Shown: positions 1-9,164 of the stretch, piece after piece
How positions within the stretch are numbered: the first letter of the stretch is position 1
How the letters are laid out: the number at the start of each line of letters is the position of its first letter
Made by a program: the position numbers and the translations under genes
Notes under the pieces: generated by a model
Told to the model about the DNA's origin: nothing
The model's input: the letters and a program-made list of their open reading frames with translations, nothing else
Databases searched by the model: none
IMG/VR virus record: IMGVR_UViG_2643221865_000003
Strand: one strand, 5' to 3'
Source of the DNA: an uncultured virus (IMG/VR IMGVR_UViG_2643221865_000003)
Lineage: Duplodnaviria > Heunggongvirae > Uroviricota > Caudoviricetes
Length of the DNA stretch: 64,000 bases

Positions 1-2
1 AT

Positions 3-215
3 GCGCCGGACAAGTCCTGGCTCGGCCGGACTCGCGACGCCGTCGCAACGAAGATCGCGATGTTCGCGTACCGGTTCATCGCCACACAGTTCTACCGGGA
101 GAACGTCACCGCCGCGTTGACGTTCGGGCTGAAGGATGCCCGTGCCGACTACGAGAAGTCGATCCCGAAGGTGTCCGTCGACGACCTGTTCAATACGAAG
201 CAGCCGCAGCCGTGA
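3..215 (+). CDS. hypothetical protein, 5'-truncated by window edge
   Basis: Open frame 3 with GC3-rich codons ending at TGA 213-215, overlapping the next GTG (GTGA). Confidence 0.6.
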   Translation, partial: APDKSWLGRTRDAVATKIAMFAYRFIATQFYRENVTAALTFGLKDARADYEKSIPKVSVDDLFNTKQPQP

Positions 216-523
216 CCCTCTGGGCCACCGCGCTGATCATCGCGGCGTTCGTCCTCGGCGGAGCGTCCGTCGGCGTCGTAGTGGTGAACCACTTCCGCGG
301 CGACGCGAAAGCCATCTCGGACGCTCAGGTGTGGGCGGTGTTCAACTGGGACTCCGGGGAGCTGTTCAACGTATCTCCGGCAACACAGCTGAACGCAGAG
401 CGGGAGGCTCAGCTCGCCGGGCCCGGGCATGAGGCGTTCGAGATCGTGACCGCCGCGTACCTGCGGCGCGCGTACGCGCACGGCCGCGATGGTGCGCCCG
501 ACCGCCACATGCCTCACGGCTGA
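212..523 (+). CDS. hypothetical membrane protein
   Basis: N-terminal hydrophobic helix; GTGA coupling. Confidence 0.7.
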   Translation: MTLWATALIIAAFVLGGASVGVVVVNHFRGDAKAISDAQVWAVFNWDSGELFNVSPATQLNAEREAQLAGPGHEAFEIVTAAYLRRAYAHGRDGAPDRHMPHG

Positions 524-726
524 TGACATCCAAGAACCCTGTACTCGACGCGTTCCTCAACAACTGGGACGGCTCCGCCTCGGAGGTGTCTGAGGCGATC
601 CACAATCTGGTCACCGACCCGGAGTCCGCTGACGGTCTCGGCTGGAGCAGAGACGAAGTCCGGAACGCGATCGCGAACCTCCGCCGCCTCGAAGCCACGG
701 CAAGCGTCGATGCTGTCCTGGTCTGA
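523..726 (+). CDS. hypothetical protein
   Basis: TGATG coupling; class C motif GCCACATG at 504-511. Confidence 0.7.
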   Translation: MTSKNPVLDAFLNNWDGSASEVSEAIHNLVTDPESADGLGWSRDEVRNAIANLRRLEATASVDAVLV

Positions 727-1132
727 ACGACGGCTGATCCGTCGTGCCCGGAAGGCAGCGGAAGCTTCCCGATGGCTCCACGAAGCGAACCTGCAGGCCA
801 TCCGCGCTGTCCATGAGGCAGAACGCAACGGCTCCTGCCCGTTGGCGTGCTGCTCTTCCTATGCGTACGCGGCGATGCTCGCCTGGGAGCAGGAGAAGCT
901 CGGCGGGTACTACCTGTCCGGCACAGAGCAGGACGCGTTCGAAGCCGGATGGGACGCCCGCGGCCCCGGATGGCGGACCGGGACCCTCACCGTCGACTTC
1001 CAAGTCCTAGCCGGCCCCGCCTCCTACCAGGAGGCCGACGAGAAGATCAGGGCTCTGCTCGAGGAGGCCGGGTACACGATCGGGTCGTTCGGCATCTCCG
1101 GCCAGCTGCCGAAAACCGATCCGTCGGACTGA
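710..1132 (+). CDS. hypothetical protein
   Basis: Overlaps upstream gene; GC3-biased codons. Confidence 0.65.
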   Translation: MLSWSERRLIRRARKAAEASRWLHEANLQAIRAVHEAERNGSCPLACCSSYAYAAMLAWEQEKLGGYYLSGTEQDAFEAGWDARGPGWRTGTLTVDFQVLAGPASYQEADEKIRALLEEAGYTIGSFGISGQLPKTDPSD

Positions 1133-1148
1133 CCGAAAACCAGCCGAT

Positions 1149-1170
1149 CCGCACATGTTCGTGGTGAAGA
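1149..1170 (+). promoter_or_regulatory. class A promoter-like motif CCGCRCATG-N8-(G/A), representative copy
   Basis: Copies start at 1149, 2128, 2964, 4914, 7223, 10144, 13012, 15414, 17096, 19645, 31219, 37829, 40371 (+) and span 47712-47720, 56215-56223, 57397-57405 (-), all upstream of gene starts. Confidence 0.75.
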
Positions 1171-1186
1171 GGAAGGACCACAGACA

Positions 1187-1441
1187 GTGGCTAAGAACGC
1201 AGACCGGATCGTCAAGCACGCCGGGTACAACTACGCATCCATGACGGTGAACGCGTATCGCGCGCAGGGTTCCCAGACCGGTGAGATCAGAGCATTCGGT
1301 CGCACCAACGCTGCGGAGCGTCAGGATCTCGCCGACAAGATGGCGTCCGTCGTGGAGACGGCGACGATCACCGAAATCGAGAAGAGCGTCTGGCGGGTCG
1401 ACTTCGAGGTTACCCACAAGATCGTCCCGATCGCCGCCTAG
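1187..1441 (+). CDS. hypothetical protein
   Basis: GAAGGA RBS, GTG start, follows class A motif. Confidence 0.75.
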   Translation: MAKNADRIVKHAGYNYASMTVNAYRAQGSQTGEIRAFGRTNAAERQDLADKMASVVETATITEIEKSVWRVDFEVTHKIVPIAA

Positions 1442-1453
1442 GAGAACAACCGC

Positions 1454-1690
1454 ATGCCAGAGCTCACTACCCCAGCCCAGACCATTGAACCCTCCCTCGG
1501 AATGGTCGTCACCTTCGACGATCCGTGGTCCAACCCGGAGAACCCCTCGCGCGTCGTCGTCACCTGCCTCGCCCGCACCAGCGAAGACCGAGTCGACGAC
1601 GACCTGTTCTGCTGGAAGGACATCCTCCGCACCGAATGGTCGCTGGCTCAGATCAACGCCGGCCGCCCAGAGATCGAACGGGCCGCGTGA
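1454..1690 (+). CDS. hypothetical protein, 'GMVVTFDDP' paralogue family
   Basis: AGGAG RBS; shares EPxxGxVVTFDD..W.L..IN...PEI with 2165 and 3029. Confidence 0.75.
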   Translation: MPELTTPAQTIEPSLGMVVTFDDPWSNPENPSRVVVTCLARTSEDRVDDDLFCWKDILRTEWSLAQINAGRPEIERAA

Positions 1691-2100
1691 CACCCCTGCG
1701 CCAGACGCCCCCACCGGAAACTGTTGCCGTCCTGAACTCGGACGACCTGTTCACACCTTTCGGGTTCCACCGCGGGAACATCATCACCGACACGTTCGCA
1801 GCTGAGTTCACCGGCGACGACCTCGACATCATCGAAGGCCAGACCCACGCCGTCCTCTACCGGGCCGTCTGCAACCTGCTGCTCCCCGAGGTCCGCAAAG
1901 CCGGCCACGACATCGACGTCATCTGGGCCGACACCGACAACAATCCCGTCCGTGCCACCACAGTCGACGGTGTTTACCTCAGCCGCCAGGACGCGAAGCC
2001 AGATGCGCTGCCATCAGTGTCGGTTGAAGTGAACCGCGACGCGCTCCTCGGAGTGCTCCACTACATTCGGATCGCAACCCGCGTCCCCACCTTCGCCTAG
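1687..2100 (+). CDS. hypothetical protein, paralogue of 19662
   Basis: GTGA coupling; GFxxG, NPVR and VxVxV motifs shared with 19662..20039. Confidence 0.7.
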   Translation: MTPLRQTPPPETVAVLNSDDLFTPFGFHRGNIITDTFAAEFTGDDLDIIEGQTHAVLYRAVCNLLLPEVRKAGHDIDVIWADTDNNPVRATTVDGVYLSRQDAKPDALPSVSVEVNRDALLGVLHYIRIATRVPTFA

Positions 2101-2164
2101 CCCACGCGGGAACAAACCCGCCAGGGTCCGCACATGACGGTTGTGAAGAAAGAAGGATCTCCCT

Positions 2165-2905
2165 ATGAGCACTGACACCAACGGCACCCGCGTGCGATAC
2201 GACGTCCACCTGTTCGTGACCGGCAACGACGGCACCCCGGTCGTCGCCATCCAGGTAGACGACGTCACCGAGAAGCCTCTTGCCGAGGGGATGACCACCG
2301 CCCTGATCGGGATCAGTGTCGCTGAACTTCGCCACCACCCCGTCGCCCGGGCCATCGCCCGCCCCGACAGCTACCCTGCTGACGCCGTCGTCGTGTCCGC
2401 CACCGTCGTCGAATCGACCATCCTCGTGGAGCACACCTCCGCACCGAAGCTCAACGCCGCGCAGATCGCCGAGGACCTCTCCTACGCGAACCAGGCCGGC
2501 ACCTGGTTCCAGTACAACTACCCGGAGGACCCGGAAGCCGACTTCATCGACATCGGCGAGTACAACGACGAAGGCCAGATCTTCCGAACCCACCGCGCCA
2601 CCATCCGAATCGAAACCATCGACCCGGCAGCGGAGAGCACCCCCGTCCAGATCACCGAGCCGGCCGTCGGCATGGTCGTCACGTTCGACGACCCGTACGA
2701 CGGAACAGACGGCCGGTTCACCGCCTCGTTCATCCCCGGTGCTGTCTCCCAGGACGGTGAGTTCATCGACTGCGTCTTCGTGGACGTGTACGGCGGCTCG
2801 TGGAAGCTCGACGTCATCAACGCCAACCACCCCGAGATCATCGTCCCCGGGATCGTCGGCGCGAAGCCGACCACCGGAAGCCGCGTCGGGCCTGTCGATG
2901 AGTGA
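2165..2905 (+). CDS. hypothetical acidic protein, 'GMVVTFDDP' family
   Basis: Class A motif plus GAAGGA RBS; C-terminal domain paralogous to 3029. Confidence 0.8.
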   Translation: MSTDTNGTRVRYDVHLFVTGNDGTPVVAIQVDDVTEKPLAEGMTTALIGISVAELRHHPVARAIARPDSYPADAVVVSATVVESTILVEHTSAPKLNAAQIAEDLSYANQAGTWFQYNYPEDPEADFIDIGEYNDEGQIFRTHRATIRIETIDPAAESTPVQITEPAVGMVVTFDDPYDGTDGRFTASFIPGAVSQDGEFIDCVFVDVYGGSWKLDVINANHPEIIVPGIVGAKPTTGSRVGPVDE

Positions 2906-3028
2906 ATAGCGGCTCTCTCCTATCAGTAGGGCCCTTAGGGCCACTGGGTAAAGCTTCGTCGGTCCGCACATGACAGTGGTGAAGAAGACAGTGCCGCTCA
3001 TGGCCGAACTGAGAAGGAAGCCCAACCC

Positions 3029-3655
3029 TTGATCATCACCCAGACCCCCGCCGTTGACGAGGCAAACCAGCCGATCACCGACCCGGAGCCCGGCTCCACG
3101 TTCGAACTGGAAGCCGTGATCGTCGACAAGACCGGGAAGGGCTTGACCGTCGGCGTGTTCGGGAAGTTCACCGACCTGCACGAAGCCCGCAGCAACGCGG
3201 AGGACATCGCCGGCCTTCCGCTCGACCAGGTCGCAGCATCCGCCGAGTACCGCTCGTTCGGCTTCGACGCCGCCGAGTACGGCTACGACTTCGACGCGGA
3301 CACCCAGGTCGTCGGCGTCACCGTCGTCTGGAACGACGGCGAAGACAACACCTACGCCCACGAGGAGTTCAACGTCAGCACGGCCCGTGCGGAGCCGAAC
3401 ATCGGCCAGGTCGTCACGTTCGACGACCAGTGGGACGAAACCATCCGCATGGTCGCCACCTACGTGCCCGGTTCTGTCGACGAGGACGGCGAGTTCATCT
3501 CGTGTGACTGGGTGGACTCCTACGGCGGCACCTGGGACCTCGACCACATCAACAACAGCCGACCCGAAATCGTCGTCCCCGGTGTTGCCGACGCCCGCGC
3601 CAAGACAATCGCCCGTGGCGCCGGCCGGCTGCAGCCGGGAAGGGTGAGCGCATGA
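3029..3655 (+). CDS. hypothetical acidic protein, 'GxVVTFDD' family
   Basis: AAGGA RBS, TTG start; PG.V..DGEFI.C..VD.YGG.W.LD.IN shared with 2165. Confidence 0.75.
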   Translation: MIITQTPAVDEANQPITDPEPGSTFELEAVIVDKTGKGLTVGVFGKFTDLHEARSNAEDIAGLPLDQVAASAEYRSFGFDAAEYGYDFDADTQVVGVTVVWNDGEDNTYAHEEFNVSTARAEPNIGQVVTFDDQWDETIRMVATYVPGSVDEDGEFISCDWVDSYGGTWDLDHINNSRPEIVVPGVADARAKTIARGAGRLQPGRVSA

Positions 3656-4113
3656 CCGCCAGGCTGATCGTCTACATCGACCTCGACAACACGATCGTCG
3701 ACTTCCCCAGCTCGTTCGAGCGGCTGGAGCAGCGCGTCCACGACGAGTACGACGGCCGCATGGATGAAGTCCCCGGCATCTTCGCGCTCATGGACCCGCT
3801 GCCCGGCGCTATCGAAGCGTTCCACGCCCTCGCCGAGGTGTACGACGTGTACATCCTGTCGACCGCTCCGTGGTTGAACCCGAGTGCCTGGAGCGACAAG
3901 CTCGAATGGGTGCAGCGCCACTTCGGCACCGACGAGGGAACACCCGCGTGGAAGCGTCTGATCCTGTCGCACCACAAGAACCTCAACCGCGGCGATTACC
4001 TCATCGACGATCGCCCCAACAACGGGGCCGCGCAGTTCGAAGGCGAATGGCTGCACTTCGGGCCCGGCAACGCCTACGAGACATGGGCTGACGTCCTGGA
4101 GCGTCTGCTGTGA
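3652..4113 (+). CDS. 5'(3')-deoxyribonucleotidase (NT5C-like HAD family)
   Basis: HAD motif I YIDLDNTIVDF, ILSTAPW, K..W, GDYLIDDR. Confidence 0.9.
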   Translation: MTARLIVYIDLDNTIVDFPSSFERLEQRVHDEYDGRMDEVPGIFALMDPLPGAIEAFHALAEVYDVYILSTAPWLNPSAWSDKLEWVQRHFGTDEGTPAWKRLILSHHKNLNRGDYLIDDRPNNGAAQFEGEWLHFGPGNAYETWADVLERLL

Positions 4114-4475
4114 GCGCCGGCACCCACCCGAACGTCGACGCGATCGTTGTCGCGATCATCGCTGATGCCGTATCGAAGTGGACCGACCCGACCACCGACC
4201 ATGAGCGCCGCAGTCAGGAGATCACGAAGGTGCTCCTCGCCAACCTTCTCGTCCCGGAAGTGCGGTTCTACCTGACGTTCGCCGCCGAACACCCCGGCAG
4301 CCTCCCCAGGGATGCGTCTTTCGCGTGGGCTGAGCTTGGCCGGCTGTCGGCCAATGAACCGACTGTGAAGAACCAGGATGCCGCTGACGATCTGGTCGGA
4401 AAGGTTGCCCATCTCTCCCTGCCAAACGCTGTGTTCACGTACCGGCACGCCGACCTTGAAGGGGTGACCGCATGA
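4110..4475 (+). CDS. hypothetical protein
   Basis: GTGA coupling. Confidence 0.65.
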   Translation: MSAGTHPNVDAIVVAIIADAVSKWTDPTTDHERRSQEITKVLLANLLVPEVRFYLTFAAEHPGSLPRDASFAWAELGRLSANEPTVKNQDAADDLVGKVAHLSLPNAVFTYRHADLEGVTA

Positions 4476-4897
4476 CCGACCTCCTCCCTATGGACGAACT
4501 CACCGAGCGGATCGCTTCCGCTCTGGCCCAGCACTTCCCGACTCGCGGCATGTCCGTGTCGATGGGTGTCACCTGCGAATGCGGGTACTGGACCGGCGCC
4601 GAACCGGAAGCAGGGAAACGCCCGCTCCCGTGGGGTCGTGACCAGCTCGGTCTGCACCGAGCCCGCATCATCCGCGAGCTCCTCGGCCTGCCGACAGAGT
4701 ACGAATACGGAGTCGCCTCACTGGATCTGGACGGCGGCATCTACATCGTCGACCACGCGACCACCACCGCCGACGTACCCGTCCTGCTCCGCTGGGCGCT
4801 TGAAGACATCGCCGATCAGGACCACCTGAGCGACGCCGTCGTCGTGCGCCGCATCGCTCAAGGCGAATGGGAACGGCACGGGGCGACCGCCGTCTGA
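4472..4897 (+). CDS. hypothetical protein with CxCG...H motif
   Basis: ATGA coupling; TCECG. Confidence 0.7.
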   Translation: MTDLLPMDELTERIASALAQHFPTRGMSVSMGVTCECGYWTGAEPEAGKRPLPWGRDQLGLHRARIIRELLGLPTEYEYGVASLDLDGGIYIVDHATTTADVPVLLRWALEDIADQDHLSDAVVVRRIAQGEWERHGATAV

Positions 4898-4961
4898 TCA
4901 AAACACGGATCCTCCGCGCATGTGGGTGGTGACAAAGACACCCCGACGATCCGGAGCTCCG

Positions 4962-5621
4962 ATGACCGATCACTTCCTGCAGCAGCTCGCCGAGAAGATC
5001 TGCACCACCCGAACCGGGCATGTGCTGCTCAGCTACGAACCGTTCGCCGGCGACTACGCCATGGCACGAGCACTCATGCCGATGATCGAGCAGGCCAAGC
5101 AGGACGCCGCCGACGCAGCCCGCGCCAGCTTGTTCGAGTACGGATCCGGCATGCTCTCCCCGGAAGGCACCATCTGGGATGAGGCGCCCGCCTGGGACGT
5201 CACCGACGCTCAGAACCAAGCCGCCCGCGCCAACCTGGAGAACGCCGACGACCCGGACGCCAACCTGTGCGTCCCCATCCGCCGCATACGCGCGAGCAAC
5301 TGGTCGCAGATCCCGGGGATCCCCGCCGACACCGACACCACATTCCCGGTCGTCGGAGAGGGCCTTCGCGCCCACTGGGACGCCCTCATCCCCGCCGGCG
5401 CCGCCTACGAACTGGTCCGCCGCGACAGTCTGAAGCCCGGCGACCATGCCGTCTCCAGCCACTACGGCGCAAGCATCGTCCGTTCGGTCTTCTTTGCCGG
5501 CGACAACAACCAGACCACTGTCATCCAATGGGAGAACAACTCCACCTTCCACCCGTTCTCGGAGCGGTACGACAGCGCCTCCGTCATCCCCCTTCTCACC
5601 CGAGCGGCGGTGTCAGCGTGA
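4962..5621 (+). CDS. hypothetical protein
   Basis: Class A motif at 4914, GGAG RBS, ATG 4962. Confidence 0.75.
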   Translation: MTDHFLQQLAEKICTTRTGHVLLSYEPFAGDYAMARALMPMIEQAKQDAADAARASLFEYGSGMLSPEGTIWDEAPAWDVTDAQNQAARANLENADDPDANLCVPIRRIRASNWSQIPGIPADTDTTFPVVGEGLRAHWDALIPAGAAYELVRRDSLKPGDHAVSSHYGASIVRSVFFAGDNNQTTVIQWENNSTFHPFSERYDSASVIPLLTRAAVSA

Positions 5622-5857
5622 GCCGCCCCGGCCGTCTGCTGAAGGACACGCTGGTGTACACGGTGAAGAGCCGCGGCATCCCGGACAAGCATCAGTACGC
5701 CACCGCCGGCACCACCATCACGGTCCTCCGCGAGAACCCGAACGACCTCGACCACATGTACGGCGGCCGGCACCTGTGGTGGTCCGAGGTTGACGGCCTG
5801 TCCGTCGGCGTCGAAGAGGGCGTCGACTTCGAGTTCACAGACCGGACCGCCGCATGA
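5618..5857 (+). CDS. hypothetical protein
   Basis: GTGA coupling. Confidence 0.65.
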   Translation: MSRPGRLLKDTLVYTVKSRGIPDKHQYATAGTTITVLRENPNDLDHMYGGRHLWWSEVDGLSVGVEEGVDFEFTDRTAA

Positions 5858-6069
5858 CCACGCTCGCCATCGTCCTCATGAGCGTCTTCGCGATCCTCAT
5901 CCCGATCTTCATCGCCTACACCGCCCACGGCTACCTGAACGACGCGGAACGTCTCCGCGGGAAAGCGCCGACCTGCGACAACTGCGGCCGCCGCATCCTC
6001 TGGCAGGACGGAACCGCCGGCGAGCCCTCCGACCGGCTCCGCGACCACACCAAGGCCTGCCTGGCGTAA
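5854..6069 (+). CDS. small membrane protein with Zn-finger-like CxxC..HxxxC
   Basis: TM helix then CDNC...HTKAC; ATGA coupling. Confidence 0.7.
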   Translation: MTTLAIVLMSVFAILIPIFIAYTAHGYLNDAERLRGKAPTCDNCGRRILWQDGTAGEPSDRLRDHTKACLA

Positions 6070-6105
6070 CGCCGGCACCCGCCCGCAACCTGAAACGAGG
6101 ACACC

Positions 6106-6375
6106 ATGACCATCACAGACCCGCTCGCCCCGATCACCGACCTGGACGAGCTCATCAAGGCAGCCGACCACGACCTCGGCCTCACCTCCGCCCGCCTCAC
6201 ACCGGAGGTTCTCCGCACGAAGACGCTGCTGTTCAGCGCCGTCGCGCTGCTGAAGGAAGCCCGCACCGCAACTGTCGCAGACGTCGAACCGGACAAGGAT
6301 TGGGACTGGGCCGATGCGGCCGGCGACGACCTCCGCAACTTCAACGACCCTGACGACGCCGAGGACGACCGATGA
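6106..6375 (+). CDS. hypothetical protein
   Basis: GAGGA RBS. Confidence 0.7.
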   Translation: MTITDPLAPITDLDELIKAADHDLGLTSARLTPEVLRTKTLLFSAVALLKEARTATVADVEPDKDWDWADAAGDDLRNFNDPDDAEDDR

Positions 6376-6899
6376 CGAAGCTCCTCCCCTACTTCTCCTA
6401 CGAGACCATCTCCGAGCTCGACTACGACGGCGGCATAGGCTCCACCACCGGGATCCTCATCGACGGCCACCTCGACCTGTTCGAGGTTGAATGCTTCCTC
6501 GCCCGCGACGCCGAGGAGGAGTTCTACGACGCCCCCAGCCGCGGGTTCGACGTCGAGCATGTCTACTGGCGGACCGAACCGTACGCCGGCGAAGATGGAG
6601 ACAACGAGTACGACTCCTACGTCTACGTGTGGGACAAGGACGATTCCAAGGGCGGGAAACCCGCCACGAAGCTGGAGATCGAAACCACCTGGGATCGGCG
6701 CTGCGTCAACCATGAGTTCGAGGTCGCGAAGTCCGGTGTGCCCATCGCCACCATCGTCGAAAGCCAGCATCACCTCGCCGACGACCACGGGTACATCTAC
6801 CTCTGCGAAGACTGCGCCACCAGCTATGACGCGCGCCTGAAAGCCGCCCGCATCGCCGCGATCGCTGAGCTCTCCGCAGCAATGGAAACGGTCGGATAG
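6372..6899 (+). CDS. hypothetical acidic protein (CxxH..CxxC)
   Basis: ATGA coupling. Confidence 0.75.
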   Translation: MTKLLPYFSYETISELDYDGGIGSTTGILIDGHLDLFEVECFLARDAEEEFYDAPSRGFDVEHVYWRTEPYAGEDGDNEYDSYVYVWDKDDSKGGKPATKLEIETTWDRRCVNHEFEVAKSGVPIATIVESQHHLADDHGYIYLCEDCATSYDARLKAARIAAIAELSAAMETVG

Positions 6900-6902
6900 C
6901 GC

Positions 6903-7202
6903 GTGAGGACTTCAGCAGCGCGTCGCCTCCGCTACCTGGCTGTGGAGCGCATCCGTCGACAGAGGCTCGACGTCGATCTCCCCGGCTTCTACGACCGGAA
7001 CCCGATCGGCGCCCAGCGGTGTGTCGACGGGGGATGGCAGTACGGGTCGTCCGTCTCTGGATACGGTTCGGCCATCGGGCATTGCAAACGTCATCGCCCG
7101 CACCTCACTCGTCTGGCGGCTGAACTGTGCGGGTCACGGTTCGAGTCAGGTGCGCCGTCGTGGGCGTTCTGGAGGGTGTCGCTGGCAGAGCTCCCCAGAT
7201 AG
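6903..7202 (+). CDS. hypothetical protein
   Basis: Fills the gap in the operon; weaker codon bias. Confidence 0.45.
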   Translation: MRTSAARRLRYLAVERIRRQRLDVDLPGFYDRNPIGAQRCVDGGWQYGSSVSGYGSAIGHCKRHRPHLTRLAAELCGSRFESGAPSWAFWRVSLAELPR

Positions 7203-7273
7203 CCTCGCGTTCCTTCCGAGGTCCGCGCATGTAGGTGGAGACGAAGGACATCCGCCACCTCTGAGGAGCCCCA

Positions 7274-7852
7274 ATGACCCTGCTCAACTACGACGCAGCC
7301 GCCCGCGCTGCCTGGAAAGCCATCCACCCCGAAGGCGACTGGGACAGCATCCCGTCCGACGAGCACACCAACTGGATGAGCCTCGTCGGTGACGCCGCCC
7401 GCCGCGCCGAAACCGCAACCACCCGTCAGCGCTCCGGTGAGCCGGACCACATCTACCGCGCCGGGGTCCTCGGCGACACTGAACGCGCCGCCATCGACCG
7501 CGGATACCGGAACCGCACCGAAGTCCGCACCCCCATCACCGTCAACGAGTACGACTTCGCCGTCAAGTGGGACGACGAGCGCACCTTCCCGTTCTTCGAG
7601 GACGAGCAGGCCATCGGCATCTTCGGGTACGGCCACACCGACAAGCAGGCGTTCGCCGCCGCCGTCAACGACTACGACGTGTACGTCGGGAACGTCGACC
7701 CGGGAGAAGCGACCTACGACGCCTCCGTCGTCGAGCACGACTGGGCTGTCGCCTACACGGTGAACGGCGACGTGAACTCCTGGCTGCTGTCCACCCACGA
7801 TGTGACCGAGACCACCAAGGGTGCGTTCCCCGTGACGGTGGTCCCCCGATGA
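7274..7852 (+). CDS. hypothetical protein, tandem paralogue of 7849
   Basis: Class A motif, GAGGAG RBS; AARAAW..HP...WD, PFF.D, GHTD, GAFPVT shared with the next gene. Confidence 0.85.
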   Translation: MTLLNYDAAARAAWKAIHPEGDWDSIPSDEHTNWMSLVGDAARRAETATTRQRSGEPDHIYRAGVLGDTERAAIDRGYRNRTEVRTPITVNEYDFAVKWDDERTFPFFEDEQAIGIFGYGHTDKQAFAAAVNDYDVYVGNVDPGEATYDASVVEHDWAVAYTVNGDVNSWLLSTHDVTETTKGAFPVTVVPR

Positions 7853-8424
7853 CTGTGTTCGAGGAGGCAGCCCGCGCCGCCTGGCAGCACCTCCACCCCG
7901 ACGAGAACTGGGACAACCTCACCCCGGCAGACCAGCGAAGTTGGACACAGTACGTCGGCTGGTCCGTCCGCCAGGCCGAGTACACCACCAACCCGGACCG
8001 GTTCCAGCAGCCTCCGTACATCTACCGCGACGACCGCGACGTCCTCCACAACGGTGTGATCAACGACGTCACCCGACGGTTCCAGGACGACACCGAGGTC
8101 CGCCGGGTGATCGACGTCACCGCTGAGGATTTCCGCACCCAGTGGGATCCGACCACGTCATACCCGTTCTTCGACGACCGCGAAGGAACCGGTATCTACG
8201 GGCACGGGCACACAGACCAGGCCGAGTTCGTCGCAACCGTGAACACCTGGAGCAACTGGTTCAGCGAGGAGGAACCCCGCTACTACGCCGCGGACGTTCA
8301 GCACCTCTGGGGTGTCGCCATGACCACCGGTCCTGACAGCCCCCGCGAGGAGTGGATGCTCCTCCTCGACGAGGTCACCGCTGAGACCCCCGGTGCGTTC
8401 CCCGTGACGGCGATCCTGTGGTGA
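7849..8424 (+). CDS. hypothetical protein, tandem paralogue of 7274
   Basis: ATGA coupling; same motifs. Confidence 0.85.
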   Translation: MTVFEEAARAAWQHLHPDENWDNLTPADQRSWTQYVGWSVRQAEYTTNPDRFQQPPYIYRDDRDVLHNGVINDVTRRFQDDTEVRRVIDVTAEDFRTQWDPTTSYPFFDDREGTGIYGHGHTDQAEFVATVNTWSNWFSEEEPRYYAADVQHLWGVAMTTGPDSPREEWMLLLDEVTAETPGAFPVTAILW

Positions 8425-8825
8425 ACGCGATCATCACCGACATCACCACCGCCCGCCGGCGCCGCGACCTGAACGTGTTGCTGGACCGATGCCGGAATGG
8501 ACTGGATCAGCCGCTGACCGAAGACACTCGCGACCGTATCGTCGAGCTCGTCGCCGACCCGTCCGAGCAGACATGGGATGCAGCCCACGGCGTCTTCGTC
8601 GACGGGCGCACCACGCTCTGGCAGGCGCTGCTCGCTCACACCCGCTACCGGCACGGCGCCGCACCGCAAGACCGGGTCACCGACGCCGGCTTCGAGCCGT
8701 TCCGCCCCCCGCAGATCGCCCGTGTCCGAGGGTGGGAGAAGGTGCCGACGCCTACGCAGGTGCTGGCAGCGATCGGCGCGCAGCTGGACGCCGCCGACAC
8801 GCACCCGCACGAGAACCTCAACTAG
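8421..8825 (+). CDS. hypothetical protein
   Basis: GTGA coupling; TWD.AH...TTLWQA. Confidence 0.7.
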   Translation: MNAIITDITTARRRRDLNVLLDRCRNGLDQPLTEDTRDRIVELVADPSEQTWDAAHGVFVDGRTTLWQALLAHTRYRHGAAPQDRVTDAGFEPFRPPQIARVRGWEKVPTPTQVLAAIGAQLDAADTHPHENLN

Positions 8826-8870
8826 CCAGCAGGGCCGTACTCTGAGCCGTCGCCGAACGAAACGGGAACC

Positions 8871-9074
8871 ATGAAGAAGTACATCCTCGCCGCCGCCATC
8901 ACCCTGGTCGCCACCCTCGCTGTGATGTGGGTTCTCATCCAGGCCGTGCCGAACGCGTCCACCCAGGCGCACCAGCAGTGCTTCCGTGCGACCAGCCACA
9001 ACATGGACCTGTGCAGCGCCATCTTCCCCTTCCCCGGAAACAGCTGGCTCAACGGCACCTCACTGATCGGCTGA
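8871..9074 (+). CDS. small secreted/membrane protein
   Basis: MKK plus hydrophobic helix; two Cys. Confidence 0.7.
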   Translation: MKKYILAAAITLVATLAVMWVLIQAVPNASTQAHQQCFRATSHNMDLCSAIFPFPGNSWLNGTSLIG

Positions 9075-9081
9075 GAACACG

Positions 9082-9124
9082 TCGGCTCGGCTCGGCTCGG
9101 CTCGGCTCGGCTCGGCTCGGCTCG
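9082..9124. repeat. pentanucleotide tandem repeat (TCGGC)x8 + TCG
   Basis: Read directly; intergenic. Confidence 0.95.
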
Positions 9125-9145
9125 ACCGGAAAGCTCCGCGGCAGG

Positions 9146-9164
9146 GCCACACACCTACGAACGC
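9146..9164 (+). promoter_or_regulatory. class B promoter-like motif GCCRCAYACCTA-N6/7-start, representative copy
   Basis: Copies at about 9146, 20992, 25795, 29945, 36057, 38170, 39318, 42829, 44377, 60283 (+) and 15376-15388, 41603-41615 (-); 9 of 12 directly abut an ATG. Confidence 0.75.

Noticed and set aside
2906..2960. Hairpin CAGTAGGGCCCTTAGGGCCACTG as a tRNA or ncRNA
   Set aside because: Single short stem with no cloverleaf or T-loop; no tRNA or rRNA recognised anywhere in the window.
8822..9154. ORFs with AEPSR/LGSAR repeats
   Set aside because: Just translations of the intergenic TCGGC microsatellite.
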